Origin: the human T2T-CHM13v2.0 reference genome, Homo sapiens
Length of the DNA: 64,000 nt
Strand: one strand, 5' to 3'
Assembly: GCF_009914755.1 (NCBI RefSeq)
Contig: NC_060925.1
Under the pieces are notes generated by a model. It was not told the DNA's origin. It did no database searches and saw only the letters and a list, made by a program, of their open reading frames with translations. Made by a program: the position numbers and the translations under genes. Shown here in pieces: positions 1-11,589 of this stretch (its first letter is position 1; the number at the start of each line of letters is the position of its first letter).

Positions 1-139
1 ATCATTTATATACTATATAATATAAGCTATTATAAAATAGAGACGTACGTAACATAATAATGTATGTGTGTGTATAATTTAAAAAAATCTCAGCCAGTCT
101 GACCCTTTCCTTGTTCATTTTTTCTCGTAACTTTGTGTC

Positions 140-682
140 CATTCAACATCATATGCTAACCCTTACTACTGCCTGGAACTTCCTATCTAATCTGGCTCCT
201 GCATGCCTCTCTAACCTCCACTGTCATTGCTCCCACCTTGCTCAGTCCTCTCTAGCTGCACCCTTTTGCTGTTCCTTGTAACACTGTTTATTCCTGCTTC
301 TTTGCTTGGATCTGCATTCTCAATATCTTCCTATAGTTTTTTCCTAACTTTTATTCAGGTCTCCACTTAAAAAACCTCAAAGGGGCCTACCTGACCACCC
401 TATTGAAATGCATCCTCTGAATTTTTTATGGGGATTATAGTAAAAATATTTACAAACCGGGACAGCACAAATACTGACCAATCAGAAGAGATGACAATGG
501 TTTTACTCCTTACAGGCCACTTTCTGACTATCAGACTATAACTGATATCTCATAGGTTATATATTTGCTCATTTATTTATATCTCTTTTCCCCTCCAGAA
601 TACAAGCTCCAAAGGGTAGGAACTGTGTTTCGTAGTGCCCATAGTAGAGCCCCATAAACATTTGTTAAATGAATGAATGAAC
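140..682 (+). mobile_element. L2 LINE 3' fragment
   Basis: L2-like text 'ctagctgca...ctgttccttg', 'ctgaccaccctattgaaat', 'ccagaatacaagctcc...catagtag...atttgttaaatgaatgaatgaa' (TGAA tail). Interrupted around 428-548 by a probable hAT MITE remnant. Boundaries approximate. Confidence 0.6.
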
Positions 683-884
683 CGTTAAACAGAGATATAT
701 TTGTTTGACCATAACCTTCATATCAAAGATTATTGCTCTGATATACACAAGGTCTTTGGGGTATTGGCTGTGCTGGAGGCCCTTAATCTCTTAAAGGTCC
801 TTAACCTTTAGCTTTATTTTTCAATTAAAAATATTTTAAGGTACATAAGCAGTATAATAAATACACGTGCAACCACAACTTATA

Positions 885-1205
885 GGCCGGGTGTGGTGGC
901 TCATGCCTGTAATCCCAGCACTTTGGGAGGCTGAGGCAGGAGGATTACTTGAGGTCAGGAGTTTGAGACCAACCTGGCCAACATGGCAAAACCCCATCTC
1001 TACTAAAAATACAAAAATTGGCCAGGTGTAATGGTGTGCACCTGTAATTCCAGCCACTTGGGAGGCTGAGGTACGAGAATCACTTGAACCCAAGGGGCAG
1101 TGGTTGCAGTGAGTTGAGATCGTGCCACTGCACGCTAGCCTGGGTGACAGAGTGAAACTGTGTCTCAAAAAAAAAAAAAGAAAAAAAGAAAAAACACCAA
1201 AAAAA
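885..1205 (+). mobile_element. Full-length Alu (AluSx/Sz-like)
   Basis: Starts GGCCGGGTGTGGTGGCTCA, has central TACTAAAAATACAAAAATT linker and A tail. Degenerate TSD ccacaacttat (873-883) / ccacgacttat (1209-1219). Confidence 0.97.
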
Positions 1206-1264
1206 CCTCCACGACTTATGATTAACAGTGGTAATGTTATATTGTTTTTGTTAGAATTAAAAAA

Positions 1265-1830
1265 AAAAAGATATCACTGACAGAGTTGAAATAATCTTTG
1301 TCCCTATTTCCCTAAGAAGAAATCAGTATCTTGCATTGCTGTATTTCCTTCTAGTCCATGCTTTTATGCTTTTATACATGGATTATGTGTTCAAAAATAA
1401 CACATACTTTTGATTTTGGATTTTTTTAATGTTACCATCCTGGAGAAAAAAAAAACTATTCTGTAACTTGCTTTGTCATTCAATGTTATATTTGTAAATT
1501 ATCCATTTGATCTATATGATCATGTTAATACTATATATATGTACATATGTATGCATATGTATATATTTCATTGTATAAATACATAACTCATTAATGGAAA
1601 TTTAGGAAGTTTCTTTTTTTATTTTTAGTTTTTGCAATTACAAGCCACTCTACAAGAAATATCCTTGCACCAAACTCTTGGTGTGTATGAGCAAGTTTTA
1701 TTTTGTTTTTCCCAAGGAATGCACCCCAAAGACAATCTGTTGGACTGTAGAGTATGAACATTTTCGTCAAATGGGGATGCACTACTTTGAACTCCTATCA
1801 ACAGATTTTAAGTATTCTCCTTAATAAGTT
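1265..1830 (-). mobile_element. Old L1ME-type 3' fragment
   Basis: Diverged antisense L1 3' text: 'ctgtaacttgctttgtcattcaatgttata', 'tttgcaattacaa', 'aatatccttgcac', 'agagtatgaacatttt'. Confidence 0.5.
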
Positions 1831-2839
1831 TTGTCGTGTTTATTGATATGCTTCCTCTTATTATGTAATTACTATATTAAGAAATCATGTTTCTCTTATT
1901 TTCTTAGCTGTCAGGAATAGATTTTATGATGTATCATGGTAACCACAATTAACTTAGAATTTTTGGTAAAACTCTATGTACTATGCCTCTTAATGTCTCA
2001 TTTTTGTTTTAATTATTTAATAATAAATCACTTGGAAGTTGTATAAGCATCACCAATAAATATTTAGAATGGCAAAATAACAGAAAGAAGCATGAAATTT
2101 GGATAAATAAACATTGAGCTAAATTATGAGCAAATTTCTTTGACTAGAACTTTACACAGGGGGCAACAAATTTTAAGAGTGGCACCTTACATCTGGCCAC
2201 CCGAATTAAAAGATATACTCTGACCTATACAATTTGTATAAAAGTCCTTCTTTTAAAATTTTTAATACTTAACCATATGTAATTTTTTTCCCAAATTTAC
2301 CGTCTTCATTACTAGACTATAACAATAGCCTTACAGTGCTTTAAAACTGGAAGTCTTTTTGCTTACTTTGCAAGATGATATATAAATATTGCATCATCCA
2401 TCACTGGAATAACTTGTCTCCTAGATTAAAACCTGAGGGTGATGTGTAACTGTAATAAATTTGGACAGCAAGGAAGGGTTCTATTTCCAATTAAAACCAC
2501 AGCCAGGAAGTTTACATTTAGACTGACAAGGGAGGTAGATCAGTACACATTTTGTACATCTTCTTGTTTGTTCAGGGGGAATTGGAGGATCTTTTAAAAG
2601 TAGCAATGATAAGTCTTTACATTTCTTTATGACCTCATAAAAAAGAGTCAATTGTCCCTTCTTGAAAGGAAGTTTCTGGGATCAGAAGCTTTTTGGGTTT
2701 TTAGACATTTAGAGCCAAGTGTTCTGAAGTGCCATGTCTAACATGGGGAAGTGCATACCTTTATGGATATTTTATTTGGATTTAAACAGGTCTGAAGGTT
2801 CAAGATGTACCTCAGTCAAGTTATTTTACTTCTTTGTTT

Positions 2840-2930
2840 TGAAAAATAATAAGATGATGTACTTAGCACAGGGCCTGGCATATAGTAAATACTCAATAAA
2901 TATTAATTATCTTTATCATTGTGATTATCA
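2840..2930 (+). mobile_element. MIR 3' fragment
   Basis: 'gtacttagcacagggcctggcatatagtaaatactcaataaatattaattat'. Confidence 0.65.
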
Positions 2931-3949
2931 TTTCTCTTGCTAAAATGTACAAGTCCTTCTGATGCTTATTTTCTGCTTTGAATGAATCTTCTGAAGGTTT
3001 TCCTATTAGTTTCCCTTTCTGAAACGTGTCTGGCTTTCCTGGATGTTACTAATGGCAGCTAGTAGCTAACTGCTTGTGAGGTTCAGGCTCCAAGTAAGGT
3101 ATTTAAAATCAAAATAATTTCACAACTGTGATTTTAAATTAAACGAAGTGTATTCTAAATAACACAGAATTAAAATAATCACTCATGGATACAATGACAT
3201 TTGCACTGAGATTATATTGGCTCGGTGTTTTAACAACTGCTTTAGAAATGTCTACGAACGATGTAATAACTATTTCTGAAAACAAAGAAAGCTAACAACA
3301 TAAACAATTGTGCAAATAAATTAAAGCTCTTTTTATTAATGACATATTGGAATAGGCTCAATATGTTGGCTCTCATAAAGGCATAGCAAGTGAGAGGAAT
3401 TCCTGCTGCATGGGAAATGGAAATGCTAGGTTCTAAATCAATTATTTTGGCTGCCATATTATCCATATTATCCCCTTCCTCAAAAGCATCCAATGGATTT
3501 CCGTCACACTGCTACTCAACAAAACAAAACATTATTAGATGGAAACTTAGCTCCATAATTTCTACTTACTCCAGTTGCATTTTTTACTTCACAGTGTGTT
3601 CAATTAGAGACAGCAACAAGTTGCATTATCAAGGTGACTGTGAATTAAAAAGAGGTGCTATTTCCTTCCAATACATGTAGCTTTGTACTGTGGCTTGAGG
3701 AGGGGAGAGCAGGCTGGATCTCAGCCTCCACCTCTAGCTTGGTTGGACTTCCTTGTGCTGGTCACAGCCTGGCCAACAGTGCCTGCTGGTCCCAAGCACC
3801 ATGCAGGCCTCACAATTATAACTTGATTTTGTGCAGGACTCATACTACATTCTGGAAAGAGAACCATGAAGGGTGAAAAAGCTGTTGTAATCCATACAGA
3901 AACTTTATTGATGTGACCATTGGGTGATAAAAGTAACAAGTGTTAGTAA

Positions 3950-4200
3950 TTTAACTTACTGAGTACCTGTTATGTGCAAGGTACTGAGCTAGAGGTACAA
4001 AAATGTGCAAAACAGACTTATTTCCTAACCTCTTGGAGCTCATAGCGAAAGCAGAGAGAAATACTTAAATAAGTACACCAGTAACTACTACTGTGATAAA
4101 CACTTCAAAGAAGAAATTTAAGCTCCTATGAGAGTATGTAATCTTAATGCTGGTGATGTCAGGAAAGTAAAGACCATTGTTCTTGAGGAAAATATGAATG
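3950..4200 (-). mobile_element. L2 fragment
   Basis: 'ttactgagtacctgttatgtgcaaggtactgagctag...cctaacctcttggagctcatag'. Confidence 0.6.
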
Positions 4201-4259
4201 TTGTCAAATGCTAGATTTGTGCAGTAATGGTTTTGGTTTTGCATCTACATTTTTACAGC

Positions 4260-4836
4260 TGTTAGAAACAAAACGCTTGTTCCTCAGTGCCACAAAGAAA
4301 TAGCACTCAAACATAAATTTAATTTTCTCAGCAAGGCAATTTTTACTTCTATAGAAGGGTGCAACTTGCGACTGAATAATGGCGAGAGCATACCTAGACA
4401 AGGGAGGGGAAGGGGTTCTTATTCCTGACGCTGTGTGGTTCCCCTGTTGGCTAGGGTTGGACCGCACAGTCTAAGCTAATTCCGATTGGCTATTTTAAAG
4501 AGAGCAGGGATACGAGCCAGAGTGGGGTGAGTAGTTTGGCGGGAAGGGCGGTTACAGAACAGGTGACTCAGGATGATTCAGGTCAGAGAAGGTGACCAGG
4601 AGTGACTCAGGATGGAGCAAGTGACCAGGGGTGACTCAGGTCAAAGCAGGTGACCAAGGGAACAGATGTGAACTACTGATTAGAACTAGCGGGAAAGCTG
4701 TTTACTGAAACTAGAGGCAAGGGGCGAAGAGAACCAGGAAGTTAAACTTTAAAATGGAGAATCAAAGAATAAGAGAGCTGAACATACTGACATACGGATT
4801 CTTTGAAGAGAAACTTGGAATTCACTATATCTAACA
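4260..4836 (-). mobile_element. LTR10 (LTR10A/F-like, ERV1) solo LTR
   Basis: TGTTAG...CTAACA termini. Minus strand begins TGTTAGATATAGTGAATTCCAAGTTTCTCTTCAAAGAATC as in recalled LTR10 consensus. Internal TGAGTCA-containing tandem repeat and CCAAT box (ATTGG 4485-4489). Flank CAGC 4256-4259 recurs at 4835-4838, overlapping the terminal CA. Confidence 0.85.
4562..4660. repeat. 29-bp tandem repeat (~3.4 copies) with AP-1 motifs inside LTR10
   Basis: Units at 4562-4590, 4591-4619, 4620-4648, partial 4649-4660. TGACTCA at 4564, 4603 and 4632; near match TGATTCA at 4574. Confidence 0.9.
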
Positions 4837-4979
4837 GCGTTTAAGACATGCAACTTTATTATTAAAATTCCTACATTAAAATAGCTTTGCTGTTATAAGA
4901 CGAAAAATCCCTAACTCCTTTTTGTCACTGAAACTATGTTTTTAAGTTAATTAAAGAGCAAGTTTTCTTAGCAATGCAA

Positions 4980-4993
4980 CTGCCCTCTTGTAG
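4980..4993 (-). promoter_or_regulatory. CTCF-like motif
   Basis: Minus strand CTACAAGAGGGCAG resembles the CCASYAGRKGGCRS core but mismatches at positions 2 and 5. Motif evidence only. Confidence 0.25.
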
Positions 4994-5009
4994 TAGGTAA
5001 TTCTCCTTA

Positions 5010-5180
5010 ACAATGCACTCACCATTTCATTTTGTAATTATTAGTTACTAGTCTGCCCCCCACATCAGATTGTAAGCTCCTTGCAGACAGAAATGAACCT
5101 GTGTTCTCTATTGTATCCCTGGCAATTAAGTATAGTGCCTGATACATAGTGAGCCCTTAATATCTAAGCATGGAATGAAG
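5010..5180 (+). mobile_element. L2 3' end
   Basis: 'cagattgtaagctccttgcagacaga...ttgtatccctggc...agtgcctgatacatagtgagccc'. Confidence 0.65.
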
Positions 5181-5449
5181 AATCCTTCTACCCTGTCTGC
5201 TTTCCTAAATTTCTGCTCTCCACTTTCACTCTTTCATTTTAATTATTGTCCGTCAATAATCTTTTCTGCCACATTTTTCTTATTTCCAGTGACTTTGCCA
5301 TTATTTATTATGTCAAAGTAACCTCATGAAGAATCTGGCAGAAGGTGATACTTGGGGCTGTTTTGTGGGAGTATTTAGTGGTTTCTCTCCACTGTGAAGT
5401 CCCTACGTTGTGTTCCCTAAGTGTTCTCTAAACAGTTAGTTTAGTGCTG

Positions 5450-5770
5450 CATGTATTTATGAAATTCCTTGCTCTGTAGAGCCCTGGGCTGGGCATAATG
5501 GGAGATAACAATGACAGACTGGCCTCTGCCTTCAAGAAGCTTTATAAAGTCAATAATTATTTACAAAGAAGAAACAAATATTATGCCAGCACTACATGTA
5601 AATAGCAATGGGAACACAGAAAGAAGCAGTTCATTGCAAACTCAGAGGGATCAATGATAGCTTCATAAAACCAGAAGGCCTTTGAGCTAAGCTTTGAGAA
5701 AAAAGTAGACTACTCTAAGCTGGAAGAAGAAATAGAAGGACATTCTAGCTTAAGGAAACTGCAAAGTCTT
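5450..5770 (-). mobile_element. L2 fragment
   Basis: 'tggcctctgccttcaagaagcttta', 'gcaatgggaacacaga', 'gcttcataaaa...tttgagctaagctttga'. Confidence 0.5.
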
Positions 5771-6944
5771 GTATTTCGCTTTCCTTTTAAAATAAGTTTC
5801 TTTTGTAGATTTATCTCAACAGTAACAAATGTTACCATTGTGCTGTCTGTGAATTAATGTAAATCCTGCTCAGCTCTCCTTGTGTTTCCCAATACATAAT
5901 ATACTACCATCGTTTCTTATACTTCGCTTCGTCTCTCTATAAGCAATCTTTAAATGCAATAATGTAGGTGAAGGTACTTTATAAAATGCACAGTACTAGA
6001 TAAAATAGGAGGAAAGTGGTATACAAAAGTAAGTTGCCATAATTCTTATTTTGTATTTATTTGCAAGCTCAGTGATCACAAATCATAAGTACTTAACAGA
6101 TAATATAAAGATCCAATTCAAAATATATTTACAAAAGCCTGATCAAGTAATTTTGGACAAGTCACTTATTCAAACTTTCTGGGTTTCAGGGAGTTTTTAA
6201 TTTTTTTTTTATGAAGATTATCTGAAACAATTGACTGTGAAACCAAAAGTACAAGAAAAAGTCACTCTTAATAACATACCAGACCCTTGGATTGACCCTG
6301 GCCTTTGCCTATCAAAAACGTTCTAGAGATATGAGACTTACATAATGGAGATATACAATATCTACATAACAGTAGATGGGGAAATATCAAAGTCACTGGT
6401 GCTGTCATTAAGTACCATGGGTTTAAGTGCTTTTATTTAGAGATGGGTACAGTCAGAAGGATCACAATGACACAGAGTTCAGATACAAGCAACTTAACCT
6501 GCTCTAGGTCGTAATCTCTGACATTCAGAGGACATTCTGTAATCCCAGCCCAAACCTCAGTTTTCCCTCCAATTCTCAAATACTGATTCATGACTATATG
6601 ACAATTTCAGTGGTATATTGGACTGTTGGTTTTACCACTGTTTTCCAGTAAGAAAGATTTATAAAATTGCTTAAGTTCTATTTTATTTGATTTGCCCCTC
6701 AGTGTTACAGAACAGATCTTCATAACTTCATGAGACTGTCTACAGTTATCCTTAGAGTGGCACGAATTTATGCATGTTCACCGAGAAGAACTTTATTTTA
6801 GAAGAATCTATCTGTAATGACAGAACATCGGCATTACCTTTTCCACAGTTTATTAGTAGTGGGGATAATATATATTCTATATGATTTATTATTATCAGTG
6901 TTAAAATTTCGAAAGTGCCTAAAGTTCAAGACCCATATTTATTA

Positions 6945-7006
6945 TACTAATAACTTGTATAATTATTAGTACAAATATAAAAATAATATGTATTTTTATA
7001 TTTGTA
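6945..7006. repeat. Two abutting AT-rich inverted repeats
   Basis: TACTAATAA (6945-6953) / TTATTAGTA (6963-6971); TACAAATATAAAAATA (6970-6985) / TATTTTTATATTTGTA (6991-7006), perfect 16-bp arms. Confidence 0.95.
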
Positions 7007-7069
7007 TAAAAACTTAAATATGGTTTTATGTATCTTTAGTCATGTTAATTCTAATATGTAGGTAAAAGC

Positions 7070-7250
7070 CTCATTTAAAAAATGAGGAAACTGAGGTGAA
7101 GAGGTTAAATGACTTGCCATAAGTCACAGTAACTAATAAAAAATAGTTGTGAGATTGCTGGATATCATTAAGGTGATAATAATTAATTTTTATTGAGTAT
7201 ATTTCATCAGGCACTGTCTTAAATGCCTAACATGTATTAATATAATATTT
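7070..7250 (-). mobile_element. MIR fragments
   Basis: 'atgaggaaactgaggtgaagaggttaaatgacttgccataagtcacag' and 'tattgagtat...caggcactgtcttaaatgc'. Confidence 0.7.
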
Positions 7251-7657
7251 GAATGAAAGCGCGAGTAGATTTTAGAAAGATGTAAGTATATTGCCCTTAA
7301 GTTTTCCAGTTTTTGTAAAGCCATTCTTTTTTTTTCATGTGTATATTGTTTGTTAGTTAAGTAAGCATTTGGAAAACAAAACAAAACTTTACAGTCATAA
7401 TTGATGCTTCTTACCTTGGGTTGTCATAAGGCTTATGAAAGGCTCTGCAGAAATAATGCTAGAACAGACTCCTCTGGGCACTACAGGATGGAAGGCATTG
7501 GGCTATTGACAAATTGATACCAGAAGAGAACTTTGAGGTCTCTGAAGGAAAAACACCCTGTAATTTCACAGTATAACTAAAGGGAGCTTTACTTTGAAAC
7601 AAGATTATTCATGAAGTCTAGCCTGAAATGAACAAGACAATAAGTGTTGCTCTACTG

Positions 7658-7715
7658 CCCTCCCTCCCCGCATCCCCCTTATTTCCTTCCTTCCTTCTTT
7701 CTCTTTTTCTTTTTT
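7658..7715. repeat. Polypyrimidine / (TTCC)n tract
   Basis: ccctccctcccc...ttccttccttccttctttctctttttcttttt. Confidence 0.8.
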
Positions 7716-8834
7716 AAGGAAGTACATCATCAGCACAGGAAATCACTGGTAAAGTCCTCATTTTCACTTTAGAATCCTGTCAAAAAATGACCTTAGCAAC
7801 TAGATTGTAATAAAAATAATTTCAGGAAGCTGTAAAATTATGTCTACAATTAGTTATTAATCGATGAAGTAAGACACTACATCTAGAAGAGTATTTTTCT
7901 GATATATAAATCTTATTTGTTTTTAATATTCTGGACAGTTTAAAATATTTCTCTCTCTCAGTAGAAACTTTTCCATATCTGCTTTAACTTGACACTATGC
8001 CCCTGTCTACAACTGTTCATGAGCATCTCTGCTCCCTTGAGGAAAATAGAAGTGGAACTACTTTGTGGTGACATTTACCAAGGACAACAAAATAAACCCA
8101 ATAGTAAATCTAGCTTAAAATAATCATATTTTAAATTGCATCCTGGATAAACATAGGAATAAGCACATTGTATTATATCTATAGCAATATCTGTGATTTC
8201 ACTCCTATTTGGCTCAATCCTCCAAACTCAGGACAGGCCCATTAGTCTCTTAACCATAAAGGGCTGATTCATAGAACCAACATAGCAAAACAAAATCTGC
8301 AGAAACATCTCAAAATAATTGGATATATTTGTTGAGCTGATGACATTTTGAAAAATTGATCAAATTGGTCACCAATTTCAAATATACATCATGTTTTTGA
8401 CAGACTGAAATTTGCTGAAGCCATTACTAAGGCTTCCATATGTAGGCTAGCCTTCTTTTTCTATTCAATCTGTACCCATATTTAATGTATAGTTAAAATA
8501 AAACTAACCATTGCAAACAGTTTAATCTGTAAATGCATTATTTGACTCCATAGTCTTTGAATCAAATTCTTTTTTCTTGAATTTATAGATTTTACAAAGA
8601 ATGGCAAGAGTATTAATATTTTAGAGCATCTTGGTAGGTTCCATTCTGATAATGAAATCCTTTGGGTATACATTCCTATAATTTACAGTCTTGGCCACCT
8701 GGGAGAAGTCAAACTTGTAATTCATTAGAAATTCAAGGAAATTTGGAGAATTACTAGTTCTGAGAGGACTGGCCCTTGGCCAAGCTACACAGTAGCAATG
8801 CTTCCATTTGATGCTTACTCTTCTGCTGGTCTTT

Positions 8835-8968
8835 CATTATTATTAAAGATTTAGGGTATACAAGTGCAGTTTTGTTACACAGATTTTCTGCATAGTGGTG
8901 AAGTCTAGACTTGTAATGTAGCCATCGCCTAAATAGTGTACATTAGATCCACTTAGTAATTTCTCATT
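8835..8968 (-). mobile_element. Very short 5'-truncated L1PB3/4-like 3' end with TSD
   Basis: 'gtatacaagtgcagttttgttacacag...gcatagtggtgaagtc...aatagtgtacatt'. TSD tgctggtcttt (8824-8834) / tgctggtcctt (8969-8979). Confidence 0.75.
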
Positions 8969-9240
8969 TGCTGGTCCTTAGAGCTCTCCTTCATATGTTC
9001 ATATGAAGTGCCAAGAAGCACCTCAAGCAGGAGTAGGGAACCTCTAATGGTGAAGGCCTTCATAGGAATAGTTTATGCTGTTACCCCTTCTGGAAATCCT
9101 GAATTTTTATAAAATCTTACAAATAAGTGAGTGGCTATCCAATAATGAAATTTAAAATGGTAAGGTGTATATTTAAAGCAAGTAGTTTTTACTCTGTCTA
9201 TTCTCTGACACAACCCCCAGGACGCCTTGCACTAGCCTAC

Positions 9241-9685
9241 TATATCAGTCAGGGTTAGTCATTCATTAAGACATCGAATCTTCACTGTAACCAGAGAAGC
9301 AGAGCTAGTAGGAGATGTACATTAAGAGATGCCTCGCAAAGAATTGGTTTATGCTATTGTGGAGGCTGCCTAGGCAACTGAAAAATCTTTATGGCAGGCT
9401 GTAAGAAAGGGGAGTCTGGAACTCTTGTGCACAGACTAAAGCTGCTGTCCACAGCTGGAATTTTCTCTTCTTTAGGGAAGACTCAACTCTGCTTCTAAAA
9501 CATTTCAATTGATTGAATCAGGCCCACTCAGATTATCTAGGATAATCTCCCTTACTGAAAATCAACTGATTATGGACTTAAATCACATCTATAAAATATC
9601 TTCACGGAGACACCTGGATTAATGTTTGGCAGAGTAACTGGTGACTGTAGCCTAGACGAGTTGATGCATCAAAAAGACCATCACC
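9241..9685 (-). mobile_element. MLT2 (ERVL) solo LTR, MLT2D-like
   Basis: 'accagagaagcagagctagtagga', 'gaattggtttatgctattgtggaggctg', 'aggcccactcagattatctaggataatctccctta...tcaactgatt...aatcacatct'. Near TSD cctac / tctac. Confidence 0.8.
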
Positions 9686-11421
9686 TCTACTTTTTAGGAA
9701 TACTAAGAAAATTATTTTTAAAGTGGATTATTGATTAAGGCTTCTTACGTAAAAATAACTTAGACCTAAAGGAAGTAAGAATGAAAGGGAGTTTGAGCCT
9801 AAGGAAGATAAATAAGTTATTTCTTTTTTTCTTGGGCCACATCAATGTCATGTATGAAAATTCAAATGAGTAGCAAATTTTAGTACCCATCTATTATTTT
9901 ATTTATCTTTATGATCATCCTGTGGATGATATACTAGGTTAAGGGAAGTCTGTTCAAAATTGATTAGCAGTCTTAAAAAAATGACAAATGTATTAATTAC
10001 AAGCAAAAAATTTTTGTCACTGATGATACTGGTAAAAGAAAATAATTATTTAAATGGCAGATTTAGCATCATTAGTATTAATAACCAGATATAAATGGAA
10101 CATAATTATTGCTGCTGATAATCTAAACCCATTGGAAGTGGATTAATTGGATATATTATTTGGTATTTATATGTTTTGTTTTAATAGTAGCTATTGTATT
10201 GAATGTGATTTTTCTTGAGGGGGAAAAAAAAGAATAAAAAATGGAATAAAAGTAGCTATTATAAGCTAAGTTCCAAAAACACATTATAATTTATTAAGTT
10301 ACCATTGCTGACTCCATAATCAAATATAGGCAGTCATTAAAGAATATATTCAAGCTTGCAATTCCCTTTTCTTTCTTTGGAACTCTTTAATCAGAATAGT
10401 AGATTCTAGTAAAGAATGCATTCTTCATATCTTAATAATGGGACCATCAATACTTATAGCATCGTACAAATATTTAGTGTCCCAATCCACATTTTAATAA
10501 GACAAAATTTTATTGTGCTGAAATCTAGCCTTTAGTATGTGGTAAAATCAGATTGACTCATCTTATTTTGTCAGGTCAAAACCAGATACAGTTTTTAGCA
10601 TGACATTTTCTATATTTCAAATCAATACCATACTCTGTGCCCTTTTTAATATTTAAAAATATTAATGGCTAAGTTATTGATGTATAAAAATGCTCAGTAA
10701 ATATTTTTCCTTTTCCACCTTATATTTTTTGAGTTGAGTTTCAACACATCACAATTTTTCACCCCCAAAAAAGTTTTCATTTTTTCTCATTGTATGTGTG
10801 TGTGTATATATATATTTATAATGATAACCCTTGCTCATTTTCCATGTCCATTCTATACTAGCTCTGAGTTTTGCACTTAGATTCCTTCCGTCCTTCAGCA
10901 AACAGCTTTTTCTCTTCCTCCTGGCCTTTCACTGTCTCCTCACAGCCATTGGCAGACAGCACTGGAAGGACTTTTATGACTTGAGATTCAAGTTTTTCTC
11001 TCTCAAGGAGTCTGGATGACTCAAAGACACTGGGTTCTTTTTCGGTCTCCTCAGCAGCCAGTGGTCTGCCATTGTGTGTGCCAGCAGGAGACTTAGAAGC
11101 TTCCAGACTGCCCTGTGTGTGGAACCTCCATGGGGCTCTGTACTGCAGTCGTCCTCAGTATTAGTCACTGCACACCGGCTGCATTTATCGCTCTAAAATC
11201 CATTTCTCTGCCCCTCACAGACATAACTGCCATCCACCCTCTGAAAACCTGCAGTATTTCTGGAGATTCTGCAGTGACAACTGTTCACTTTATCTAAGTC
11301 AATATGTTTGCTGAAAGCTGACCAGAGTTACCAGCGATTTCCTAGTCTCACATTCACATTGGAACATAGGATACTTTTACCAACAGCCTGGATTTTTTCC
11401 CCTTTTTTTTGTTTTCCTTGG

Positions 11422-11454
<33 letters not shown>

Positions 11455-11589
11455 TTGAGATGGCAAGTGAGAAATCTAGGAGTTTTTAGAATGAAATGTT
11501 AACTTACTTTTAGTCTGTTTTTTATTCTTTTGCCAGTTTGACAATCTAGCATATATGCTATTTATTCACTTCAGTTGCTACATGCTATT

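Noticed and set aside
836-1168. 110-aa ORF, and similar ORFs at 16766-17121, 28519-28857, 47619-47819 and 56303-56587
   Set aside because: Translations of Alu sequence ([33 protein letters not shown]); not genes.
1530-1566. Self-complementary TATATG/CATATG stretch
   Set aside because: Ordinary degenerate (TA)n/(TATG)n microsatellite; its symmetry is trivial.
1908-1938. 31-nt exon-like segment (ttcttag|...ATG|gtaacc)
   Set aside because: Weak donor and no other support; such matches are expected by chance in T-rich DNA.
4562-4660. Regularly spaced ~29-bp repeats (CRISPR-like?)
   Set aside because: Contiguous tandem units with no unique spacers, inside a retroviral LTR in primate DNA; no cas genes.
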